Shown here: positions 1 to 7,492 of the stretch, piece by piece | How the letters are laid out: every line of letters starts with the position of its first letter | Numbering within the stretch: the first letter of the stretch is position 1 | DNA from: Bacteroidota bacterium | GTDB taxonomy: Bacteria > Bacteroidota > Bacteroidia > AKYH767-A > OLB10 | Direction: 5' to 3' | Length of the DNA stretch: 15,646 nucleotides | NCBI GenBank assembly: GCA_031411335.1 | Contig: JANOAX010000001.1 | Coordinates: 1 to 15,646 of the forward strand | Translations under genes and position numbers: made by a program | Notes under the pieces: generated by a model | The model's database searches: none | What the model was told of the DNA's origin: nothing | Seen by the model: the letters and a program-made list of their open reading frames with translations, nothing else

Positions 1-35
1 AGAAGCTAGAAGCTAGAAGCCTGAAGCCAGAAGCT
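1..35. repeat. Tandem heptanucleotide repeat with five units (AGAAGCT AGAAGCT AGAAGCC TGAAGCC AGAAGCT), truncated by the window edge
   Basis: Read directly. Units at 1-7, 8-14, 15-21, 22-28 and 29-35 differ by at most 2 nt. The array is separated by 4 nt (36-39) from the minus-strand stop codon at 40-42. Confidence 0.8.
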
Positions 36-39
36 AACC

Positions 40-831
40 TTACCAGCTACCCCCTGCTCCGCCGCCGCCGAAACTACCACCGCCGAATCCACCAAAACTT
101 CCACCGCCACCACTGCTGCCACCACCAAATCCACCGCTACCGGAATTAAAATTTCCCCAGCTTCCACTTTGTCGACCACGTGCAGCATTCAACAAAAGCC
201 AAGCTGCTAAAAATGTGATGCTATTCATCTTGGCATAACGTTGCACACTAAATATTTTAAACAAGAAAATAAATAACAATACAAGCAACACAAATAAAAT
301 AGAAGGAACTTTGCCCGCTCCTTTCTTTTTTCGGCTCGAAGTATCGTGATATTCTCCTTTTACAACATCAATAATTTTAGAGACGCCGGCATTAATTCCT
401 TCGTAATATCGTCCTTCTTTGAAAAAAGGTTTTATATCATTTTCAATAATTCTTCTGGATAATGCATCGGTAAGGGCTCCTTCCAATCCGTAACCTGTAG
501 CAATATAAATTTTTCGATCTTGCAAAACCACAAGCATCAACGCTCCGTTATTTTTTCCTTTATTTCCAATGCCCCACTTTTCGCCGAGTTCAAATGCGTA
601 ACTTTCTACAGGGTATCCATCAACGGTATTGATAATAACAACTGCAATTTGTGTAGAAGTAGTGTCGTTAAAACCTAATAACTTTTGCTCGAGCGCTTCA
701 GTTTCTTTCGGTGTTAATGTATTGGTAAAATCATTGACCAATCTCGGAGGATTAGGCGTAGGCGGAAATTCTACAGCGGCTTGTACAGCGCTAAATAAAA
801 AGAAACAAACTATCAATAAATAATTTTTCAC
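40..831 (-). CDS. TPM-domain membrane protein (YgcG-like) with signal peptide, TPM domain, one TM helix and a Gly-rich C-terminal tail
   Basis: 263-aa ORF. Signal peptide MKNYLLIVCFFLFSAVQA. TPM-like core (LVNDFTNTL..TSTQIAVVIINTV..ALMLVVLQDRKIYIATGYGLEG). TM helix VPSILFVLLVLLFIFLF. Tail GSGGFGGGSSGGGGSFGGFGGGSFGGGG. The GTG start overlaps the upstream stop (GTGA, 828-831). Confidence 0.8.
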   Translation of the reverse strand: MKNYLLIVCFFLFSAVQAAVEFPPTPNPPRLVNDFTNTLTPKETEALEQKLLGFNDTTSTQIAVVIINTVDGYPVESYAFELGEKWGIGNKGKNNGALMLVVLQDRKIYIATGYGLEGALTDALSRRIIENDIKPFFKEGRYYEGINAGVSKIIDVVKGEYHDTSSRKKKGAGKVPSILFVLLVLLFIFLFKIFSVQRYAKMNSITFLAAWLLLNAARGRQSGSWGNFNSGSGGFGGGSSGGGGSFGGFGGGSFGGGGAGGSW

Positions 832-1274
832 GACTCCCCTCCTCCAAAAACAATATCGTTTGGCAACTCGTTTACATCATCTTTATGAAATGGAAAGTGA
901 GAACTCAACTGCTCACCAACTTTCCTTACTGCATATTCAATTCCATCCACAAAAAGATTGCTTTTAAAAAAAACACCCATCTCCGTAGTTATTTCTTCCC
1001 AGAAATTATTTCCAACTTTTTGATGTATTCCAGCATCACCAATGATGCAAAACTTGCGATCATCCACAGCCAAATATATCAACACACCGCTTCTCAATTC
1101 TGTTGCATTCATTTCAAGTTGCGCAAAAATAAATGCGGCTCTATCGAGTACATTATCCTTACATTCATCCTCCATAAAAACACGTATCTCGCCTGAAGTT
1201 TCTAACTCTGCGTTAGTAACGGCTAGGCGGATACGTGCTCTATCCTCTTCTTGGAATAATGCTTGCGCTTTCAT
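828..1274 (-). CDS. TPM-domain protein (TLP18.3/Psb32/MOLO-1 family) with no signal peptide
   Basis: 148-aa ORF with the TPM pattern (IRLAVTNAELETSGEIRVFM...GVLIYLAVDDRKFCIIGDAGI). The ATG overlaps the LemA stop (ATGA, 1271-1274). It sits in the conserved LemA-TPM-TPM context. Confidence 0.7.
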   Translation of the reverse strand: MKAQALFQEEDRARIRLAVTNAELETSGEIRVFMEDECKDNVLDRAAFIFAQLEMNATELRSGVLIYLAVDDRKFCIIGDAGIHQKVGNNFWEEITTEMGVFFKSNLFVDGIEYAVRKVGEQLSSHFPFHKDDVNELPNDIVFGGGES

Positions 1275-1873
1275 TTGTCGAATGCAGCTCCTACATCAGG
1301 TGCTTTGTTGGCTCCTTTGTCGGCTTCAAAAAATGGCTTCGGTGAGAATCCATACATGCCTGCAATGGTTACCTGAGGAAACTTACGCACATAGCTATTA
1401 AATAACTGTACCGCTTCGTTAAATTTTTGACGCTCCACGGCGATACGATTTTCTGTTCCTTCCAATTGCGATTGCAACTCTAAGAAATTTTGATTCGCCT
1501 TCAACTGTGGATATTGTTCAACCACCACCATCAATCGACCTAAAGCAGATCCCAACTGACCTTGCGCTTCTTGGAACTTTGTCATTTGTTCGGCAGTTAA
1601 ATTTTTAGGATCAATCTTCACTTGAGTTGCATTAGCTCTTGCTTCGATGACAGCAGTTAAAGTCGACTTCTCAAAATCGGCAGCTTCTTTTACGGTGCTC
1701 ACCAAATTCGGAATGAGATCAAGTCGGCGCTGATATACATTTTCAACTTGAGACCAAGCCGTTTGAACTTGAACATCACGTTCTACTAAATTATTATAAG
1801 TGCCTACGAAAAATCGGTAGAGGATAAATACGATGACGAGAATGACTCCTACTACAATTAGTGTTTTTTTCAT
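1271..1873 (-). CDS. lemA: LemA family protein (N-terminal TM anchor)
   Basis: 200-aa ORF. TM helix TLIVVGVILVIVFILY is followed by the typical LemA core (YNNLV..DVQVQTAWSQVENVYQRRLDLIPNLV..V...FEK.TL..V..AR). Confidence 0.88.
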   Translation of the reverse strand: MKKTLIVVGVILVIVFILYRFFVGTYNNLVERDVQVQTAWSQVENVYQRRLDLIPNLVSTVKEAADFEKSTLTAVIEARANATQVKIDPKNLTAEQMTKFQEAQGQLGSALGRLMVVVEQYPQLKANQNFLELQSQLEGTENRIAVERQKFNEAVQLFNSYVRKFPQVTIAGMYGFSPKPFFEADKGANKAPDVGAAFDK

Positions 1874-1960
1874 GGTTTTAAGATTTAGGGCAAAATTACT
1901 CAGTTAGACGAACATGTTGTAAATATATTTAATTGTGTTGAATTAAACATAATTTTAATA

Positions 1961-2626
1961 TTATGACCACTTGAATCTCAAGTAATTGATCTTGAAGCCT
2001 TGTTTAAGGAATATTTGTTCATAGGTAGTTTGGATGCTGGTATCAAAATTTTCGGGGGTGTCAACATACAAATCCTTGGTACAAATCTCCAGTTTACCAT
2101 GCTCTTGCTCTAACATTTCTAAGGTGTATTCAAAGAGTCCGATATTGTCAGTTTTTAGGTGCAAAATCCCATCTTTCCCCACCAATTCACGGTACATCTT
2201 TAAAAACTTCGGATTTGTAATTCTTCTGTTTTCTCTCGATACTTGAGGCTGTGGATCAGGGAAAGTAACCCAAATCTCCCGAATTTCACCTGGAGCGAAA
2301 AATTGGGGCAACCATTCTATATGAGTACGCAAAAAGGCAGCATGCAGTATGTTTTCTTCGTTAATGGTTTTGGCTCCTCTCCATAAACGTGCGCCCTTAA
2401 TATCGATGCCAATGAAATTGCGATCGTTAAAATGTTGAGCCAGACTCACTGTATACTCGCCTCTACCACAACCCAATTCAACTACAATGGGCTGCTCATT
2501 ATGAAATACTTTTTCATTCCAATTGCCGCAAAGCCCATGATCTGTACCCAACAACGGAAACGGATATTGAAAAGTCCGCTCAAATGTTTCTAACTCACTA
2601 AATCGCCGAAGTTTATGCTTTGCCAT
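1961..2626 (-). CDS. trmB: tRNA (guanine-N7)-methyltransferase
   Basis: 221-aa ORF with the SAM-binding motif VVELGCGRGEYTVSLA, then FIGIDIKGARLW and IWVTFPDPQPQ, all typical of TrmB. Confidence 0.88.
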   Translation of the reverse strand: MAKHKLRRFSELETFERTFQYPFPLLGTDHGLCGNWNEKVFHNEQPIVVELGCGRGEYTVSLAQHFNDRNFIGIDIKGARLWRGAKTINEENILHAAFLRTHIEWLPQFFAPGEIREIWVTFPDPQPQVSRENRRITNPKFLKMYRELVGKDGILHLKTDNIGLFEYTLEMLEQEHGKLEICTKDLYVDTPENFDTSIQTTYEQIFLKQGFKINYLRFKWS

Positions 2627-2732
2627 TACCAGTTCACTTTTTTCAATCGACTGCGAAGTTACTGCTTTGGTTCGTACCTTCGCAGTACGCGTACTCCACT
2701 ATTTAGAAGTGGCAAAGAAGTACTTTTGAAGA

Positions 2733-3821
2733 TTGAAAAAAACGAATCCACATATTCTCTATTCCATTCTCGATTGGGGTCTTGGGCATGCAACTCGCAG
2801 CATACCGATTATTGAGGAACTTTTGTTGCAAGGGGCTCGAATTACATTATGCGGAGAAGGCTCTACTGGACATTTGATTCAATCGGTATTCCCAAAGATT
2901 CCATTTTACACGATACATGGTATTCAAGTGAAGTACCCTACCAGAATTCCAATGTCGTTGTCGATGTTTTTACAAGCACCTAAAATTTCTTGGGCCATTA
3001 AAAGGGAACATCAACAAATTAAAAAGTTGGTGAAAGATTTACAGGTAGATGCGATCATCAGCGACAATCGGTATGGGGCTTTTGCAGATGGAATTCCGAG
3101 TGTGATCATGACACATCAACTTAATTTGCAAACACCAAAAAACAAAGAATGGCTTCGACCGATCATCAATAAAATAAATCATCATTATCTCGCTCCATTT
3201 GATGAAATATGGGTGCCTGATTCTGCTGGAGAAAATAATTTAACAGGTTCTTTATCTCATGATTTATCGACCATCCAAAAATTAAATCCAAAATTCATTG
3301 GATCATTATCTCGCTTTGCATCAATTTCTATAGAGGGAAAATATAAAAATTATGATGCCATCGTTGTTTTATCTGGGCCCGAACCACAGCGTAGTCATTT
3401 CGAAAAAATCATCTACCAGCAATTACAAACATTACCCATCACTGTTATTATTGCAAAAGGCACGCCTCAACATCCGATACAAGAACAGCATGGAAATTGT
3501 TTTTTCTCATCACATATTTCTACCGATGAAATGTTGTTTCATTACACGAATTGCAAATACATCATCAGTCGCAGTGGACATTCTACTTTGATGGATTTAT
3601 GCGCTGTAAAAAAATCGGCGATCTGTATTCCCACACCCGGACAAACGGAACAAGAATTTTTAGCGGAGATGCATGCACAGAAAAAACACATCGTCACTTT
3701 TGACCAAGACCAGGTCGATTTAAAAAGAGGAATGGAAATACTGGAACAGTGCACTCCATTTCATCTACCTGTGAATCAGGAGTTCAAGCCTATCATCAAA
3801 AATTTCTTGGATCGAATCTAG
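2733..3821 (+). CDS. MurG-like glycosyltransferase (GT28 C-terminal type, MJ1255-like family); substrate unknown
   Basis: 362-aa ORF. N-terminal ILYSILDWGLGHATRS (G-x-G-H loop of this family). C-terminal SRSGHSTLMDLCAVKKSAICIPTPGQTEQEFLA (GT28/MurG-like nucleotide-sugar site). The only available start is TTG at 2733. Confidence 0.7.
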   Translation: MKKTNPHILYSILDWGLGHATRSIPIIEELLLQGARITLCGEGSTGHLIQSVFPKIPFYTIHGIQVKYPTRIPMSLSMFLQAPKISWAIKREHQQIKKLVKDLQVDAIISDNRYGAFADGIPSVIMTHQLNLQTPKNKEWLRPIINKINHHYLAPFDEIWVPDSAGENNLTGSLSHDLSTIQKLNPKFIGSLSRFASISIEGKYKNYDAIVVLSGPEPQRSHFEKIIYQQLQTLPITVIIAKGTPQHPIQEQHGNCFFSSHISTDEMLFHYTNCKYIISRSGHSTLMDLCAVKKSAICIPTPGQTEQEFLAEMHAQKKHIVTFDQDQVDLKRGMEILEQCTPFHLPVNQEFKPIIKNFLDRI

Positions 3822-3837
3822 ACATCACTCTTTTCAC

Positions 3838-3845
3838 TACTTTTG
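3838..3845 (+). promoter_or_regulatory. Candidate Bacteroidota -7 promoter box TACTTTTG (consensus TAnnTTTG) for the riboswitch transcript
   Basis: Exact match to TAnnTTTG a few nt upstream of where the cobalamin aptamer begins. Position is coherent, but this is only a motif match. Confidence 0.35.
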
Positions 3846-3849
3846 CCCT

Positions 3850-4025
3850 TAGTGATGGTTTCCTGCTTAATAACAGGAATGAAAAGGGAATGCCGTGCAA
3901 TCCGGCAACAGTCCCCGCTGCTGTAAACAGTTTCGCATGCAAATGCACATCAAAACGCAACCACTGTTCATCAAGGAATGGGAAGGAGTTTTGATTAATC
4001 TGTGAGTCAGAAGACCTGCCAACAT
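3850..4025 (+). promoter_or_regulatory. Cobalamin (B12) riboswitch, Rfam RF00174 type
   Basis: Conserved blocks occur in the right order. AAGGGAA at 3884-3890. Hairpin GCCGTGCAATCCGGC at 3892-3906. GTCCCCGCTGCTGTAA at 3911-3926. CCACTG at 3961-3966. GGGAAGG at 3980-3986. B12 box AGTCAGAAGACCTGCC at 4005-4020. Boundaries are approximate to about 10 nt. Confidence 0.85.
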
Positions 4026-4143
4026 TATTGCCATGGTTGAACCTTCGGAGGAAAGGATGATGAGCGTTACAGTATGGAATTTATTTTCCTTTACTCTATG
4101 GAATATTCAATCGTGGTTTCTTGTATGCATTAATTTATAAACC

Positions 4144-5211
4144 ATGATAAAAAAAATCGCACTCTCCATTTGCTCACTGAGCATCCTTGTATTCACTTCT
4201 TGCGAGAAGGATAAACTAGAAGAAAACACTCCAGCTCCTAACAATTTAAACGGAGTATTTGTAGTAAATGAAGGCGCCTTTCTCGCAGGCAATGCGTCTA
4301 TCTCATTCTTCTCTTCTGACTCTGTTTACCACAACAGTGATCTCTATCAATCGGTAAATGGATTTCCGGTGGGTGATTTATTGCAATCGATGAGCATCTA
4401 TAATGGAAAAGCCTATCTCTGCGTAAACAATTCACAAAAAGTAGAAGTGGTATCGATGGTCGACTTTAAAAAGACGGCCTCAATCTATGGAATTAATAGT
4501 CCACGCTATTTCACAGCACAAAGTAACTATGGATACATTAGCGATTGGAATTCCAATCAAGTATTCAAAATCAATTTGAATTCAAACACCATTGTAGATA
4601 GTGTTTTGTGTGGATTGGGTCCCGAGGAAATGTTGATTGCCAATAACCAACTCTTCGTTTGCAACAGCGGAGGATTTGTAGATGATAGCAGTGTGACTGT
4701 AGTTAATCTAAGCACTTTTAATGTCTCCACCACATTAACAACAGGCGTAAATCCTTCTTCTATTCGCAAAGACAATATTGGAAACGTTTGGGTGCTTTGC
4801 CGAGGCAGTTTAGGCGCCGACTTTACACCAACGCCTGATGATCCAGGTGGGAAATTGATGCGAATTAATCCAGCTTCATTAGCTACCGATTGGTTTGCCG
4901 ATTTCAGCTTCGACGAACATCCGCTCAAACTCAACACTAACGCCGACGGCACTACGCTATATTTCCTATTCGGCAATAGTGCCTATACTGGAACGGTTTA
5001 TAAAATGGATGCAAGCAGTACAGTAATCCCTAGTACGCCGTATATTGATCGTGAGTTTTACGCGTTGGGCATTCATCCAACTGATGGAAGTATCTACGGA
5101 GGGAAATCGAGCTTTAGCAGTAATTCGCATATGCTGCATTATACCAATGCCGGGGTGTTGATTGATTCATCAACTGTAGGAATTGGTCCGAGTAGTTTTG
5201 TCTTCAATTAG
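4144..5211 (+). CDS. Surface lipoprotein, YncE/DUF5074-like beta-propeller; candidate BtuG-like B12-binding protein
   Basis: 355-aa ORF directly downstream of the B12 riboswitch. Lipobox LVFTSC followed by EKDKLEE. The N-terminal pattern GVFVVNEGAFLAGNASISFF...YLCVNNSQKVEVVSMVDFK, with repeated short beta-strand/Gly-Asn segments, resembles propeller lipoproteins of Bacteroidota B12 loci. The B12-binding role is inferred from context. Confidence 0.55.
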   Translation: MIKKIALSICSLSILVFTSCEKDKLEENTPAPNNLNGVFVVNEGAFLAGNASISFFSSDSVYHNSDLYQSVNGFPVGDLLQSMSIYNGKAYLCVNNSQKVEVVSMVDFKKTASIYGINSPRYFTAQSNYGYISDWNSNQVFKINLNSNTIVDSVLCGLGPEEMLIANNQLFVCNSGGFVDDSSVTVVNLSTFNVSTTLTTGVNPSSIRKDNIGNVWVLCRGSLGADFTPTPDDPGGKLMRINPASLATDWFADFSFDEHPLKLNTNADGTTLYFLFGNSAYTGTVYKMDASSTVIPSTPYIDREFYALGIHPTDGSIYGGKSSFSSNSHMLHYTNAGVLIDSSTVGIGPSSFVFN

Positions 5212-5222
5212 AGACGAAAAAA

Positions 5223-5452
5223 TTCAACACTAGAGGGCACTAGAGAACACAAGAGAATTACTGGTCGAATTTAAACTGATTAGAATCTAATAAAGTTTCT
5301 AATCAAATAAATACTTATTACTCGAAAGGAAAACAAATTATTGCCACATTAATATTGAAGCCTCTCCCCAACCCCTCTCCAAAGGCGAGGGGCTTTAAAA
5401 AATAAAATTTCTCAAGTGCACTCAAGTGTACTCTAGTGCCTTTAGTGTTGAA
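5223..5452. repeat. Long form of a palindromic intergenic element: imperfect inverted arms built from 10-bp repeats, flanking about 150 bp with two further hairpins
   Basis: Left arm 5223-5256 is TTCAACACTAGAGGGCACTAGAGAACACAAGAGA. The reverse complement of the right arm (5409-5452) is TTCAACACTAAAGGCACTAGAGTACACTTGAG. Inner hairpins are a 9-bp stem TGATTAGAA/TTCTAATCA (5277-5285/5297-5305) and a 6-bp stem CCCCTC/GAGGGG (5372-5377/5387-5392). Confidence 0.7.
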
Positions 5453-5457
5453 AAAAG

Positions 5458-6009
5458 CTATTTATTAAGAATAAGTTCATTCGATAAAACTACATTACTC
5501 TTATGATTCGCACGATCTCGGATATAAAATTCGAAGCGGCCGATGTTATCTAATAAAATTAAAGCACTCGTATAATCCATTCGATATGTAACTGTGGCTT
5601 CAATGCTCTTGCTATTTCCAGCCGGTTCGATGTATTGCATGCGCTGATTGAATTTTACTTGCACACTATCAAAATAAACAAGTGTATCACAAGTAGGAGT
5701 TACTTCGACTACTTGCAACCATAAATTTTTCTTTCTGAAATTCGCTCCGTCTTTTACTTCATAAGCCAAATACAAATTAGCATTATCAGCTCCGCAACTA
5801 TTATCAAATTCATTATCGGCTAAACCAATATCTCCATCACCATCTTTAATGGTAAAAATAAATTCAACAGCTGTATCTTTTCCCGTGGTGCCGATGTAAT
5901 TAACAAAGCGCTCAAATTTAATTTCGGGAATAGGACTAAACGACTCCTCTTTTCCACAAGAAGCTAAGAATGCCACTACGGCGAATAAAAGTAAAATTCT
6001 AGATTTCAT
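5458..6009 (-). CDS. Small lipoprotein with a DGDGD motif; paralog of the 9448-9936 ORF
   Basis: 183-aa ORF. Lipobox FLASC followed by GKEE. It shares blocks with the 9448-9936 product (F.I.Y/K.D.DGD.G, then F..Y..DRA.NKSN). It lies 39 nt downstream of the M16 peptidase gene on the same strand. Confidence 0.7.
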   Translation of the reverse strand: MKSRILLLFAVVAFLASCGKEESFSPIPEIKFERFVNYIGTTGKDTAVEFIFTIKDGDGDIGLADNEFDNSCGADNANLYLAYEVKDGANFRKKNLWLQVVEVTPTCDTLVYFDSVQVKFNQRMQYIEPAGNSKSIEATVTYRMDYTSALILLDNIGRFEFYIRDRANHKSNVVLSNELILNK

Positions 6010-6048
6010 GATACGAAGTTATGAAATTGGGTACAAATAAGCACAATT

Positions 6049-7284
6049 TTAAGGATTAGGCATGTATATTAACTCAGAACGTGATTTTGGGTCTAATATT
6101 TCATCGGCTAACTCTCGAATTTCGCTACTTGTTATTCTATTAATTCGGTCATTCACATCTTTAAGGGTAACAATTTTCCCAAGATTTAGCTGACTCTTCG
6201 CTAAGGACAACAACACACTCAATCTATTCTCCTGTCCTAATTGGATTTGACCAATCAACTGCTCTTTGTATTGCTTAAAAACTGTATCACTCAATTTCTT
6301 ATTAGTTAATACATCCAATTCCTTCTCTAGTAATTTTCGGGTTTTCTCAAAATGCTTTTCATCGGTAGCAAAATAAATATGAAACACCCCAGTATCAGTA
6401 TACGAATGAAATCCCGATTCGATAGTATAAGTGAATCCATGTTTTTCGCGAATGTTGAGATTCAAGCGGGAATTCATCCCAGGCCCGCCCAGTAAATTAT
6501 TGAAAAGGATTAAGGTAAATCTTCGTGGGTCTTTAACACCTAAGGCTGGCCGACCCATGATATAATGCACCTGACTAATACTCTTTTTTTCTGTGATGAG
6601 CTGAGGCTTATATTTCTTAAACGCAGTTCTTTTGGGAGGAGACTTTTTATTCTTCTGCACTCCAAAATATTTTTCCGCCAACCGATTCACTTCCTTCATT
6701 CCGATGCTTCCACTCACTGCAAAAATCATGTTTGAAGGATCATAAAGATCTCCAACGTAATTCAAAATATCCTTGCGTTTGAATTTGCGAATGCTTTCTT
6801 CCGTTCCTAAAATATTATGTCCGAGGGTATGGCCTTTAAACAACTGACTTTCGAAATCATCAAATATTTGCTCGTAGGGAGTATCTTGATAAGCTCGAAT
6901 TTCATCTGTTATTACTTCTTTTTCCTTTTCAATTTCCTTTTCTGGAAAGATGGACTGGAAAGCCACATCGGCAATCAAATCCACGGCTCTTTCAAAATAG
7001 CGATTCATCACCGAAGCATGCAAACAAGTTTCTTCCTTGGTGGTGTATGCATTCAATTCCCCGCCCACAACTTCCAATCGATTGAGGATATGAAAAGACT
7101 TCCTCTTCTTGGTTCCTTTAAATAAGGTATGCTCAATAAAATGAGCCAACCCATCTTTCCCTTTTTCCTCATCGCGTGTACCGGCCTTCATCAACAAACC
7201 ACAATGCGTCACCAAACTTTCTGGGTAATGCATATAGAGGACGGTTAACTTGTTGGGGAGTACGCTAATCTCAGGGATGATCAT
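6049..7284 (-). CDS. M16 family (insulinase/pitrilysin-like) zinc metallopeptidase
   Basis: 411-aa ORF with the inverted zinc motif HxxEH (GLAHFIEHTLFKGT) near the N-terminus. Length and layout are typical of M16. Confidence 0.85.
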   Translation of the reverse strand: MIIPEISVLPNKLTVLYMHYPESLVTHCGLLMKAGTRDEEKGKDGLAHFIEHTLFKGTKKRKSFHILNRLEVVGGELNAYTTKEETCLHASVMNRYFERAVDLIADVAFQSIFPEKEIEKEKEVITDEIRAYQDTPYEQIFDDFESQLFKGHTLGHNILGTEESIRKFKRKDILNYVGDLYDPSNMIFAVSGSIGMKEVNRLAEKYFGVQKNKKSPPKRTAFKKYKPQLITEKKSISQVHYIMGRPALGVKDPRRFTLILFNNLLGGPGMNSRLNLNIREKHGFTYTIESGFHSYTDTGVFHIYFATDEKHFEKTRKLLEKELDVLTNKKLSDTVFKQYKEQLIGQIQLGQENRLSVLLSLAKSQLNLGKIVTLKDVNDRINRITSSEIRELADEILDPKSRSELIYMPNP

Positions 7285-7400
7285 AGGGCAAACTTATTGA
7301 TTAATTGGATGAGGAACTTGCTCAGTTAAAAATATTGCCAATAAATCACATAATTTGAAATACTCCCATTTTAGGCTTATTTTCGTAATAGTCAAATTCT

Positions 7401-7408
7401 TAAATTTG
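7401..7408 (+). promoter_or_regulatory. Candidate -7 promoter box TAAATTTG (TAnnTTTG) upstream of the T9SS cargo gene
   Basis: Exact consensus match 85 nt upstream of the ATG at 7493, in a 199-nt intergenic region. Motif match only. Confidence 0.25.
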
Positions 7409-7492
7409 TTGGAGATGAGGATATAGAAATATCCCCAAATCTTATATTCATAAAATTAAATTCCTTTTAAAAACGAGTACTCTTTGCTTAAA

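Noticed and set aside
6-188. 60-aa minus-strand ORF overlapping the 3' end of the TPM gene
   Set aside because: It is an alternative frame through the GC-rich Gly-codon tail (GGN repeats) of the 40-831 CDS. It is low-complexity A/V-rich with no independent support.
629-1401. Plus-strand ORFs 629-823, 885-1196 and 1042-1401
   Set aside because: They lie antisense and entirely within well-supported TPM and LemA genes, and their translations have no recognisable motifs. They are shadow ORFs.
2721-2728. TACTTTTG promoter-box match just before the glycosyltransferase start
   Set aside because: It ends only 4 nt before the sole possible start codon (TTG 2733). It would imply a leaderless TTG-initiated mRNA, which is implausible, so it is not reported as a feature.
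2034-2815. ORFs 2034-2246 (+) and 2615-2815 (+)
   Set aside because: The first is antisense inside trmB. The second spans the trmB start and the intergenic region and overlaps the glycosyltransferase in another frame.
3352-3754. ORFs 3352-3591 (+) and 3542-3754 (-) inside the glycosyltransferase gene
   Set aside because: One is in an alternative frame and the other is antisense within a supported CDS. No motifs are present.
3749-4292. ORFs 3749-3994 (+) and 4107-4292 (-)
   Set aside because: The first runs through the cobalamin riboswitch, whose conserved RNA blocks explain the sequence. The second is antisense across the lipoprotein start.
4557-4976. 139-aa minus-strand ORF
   Set aside because: It is antisense inside the beta-propeller lipoprotein CDS, and the plus-strand frame has the signal peptide and riboswitch context.
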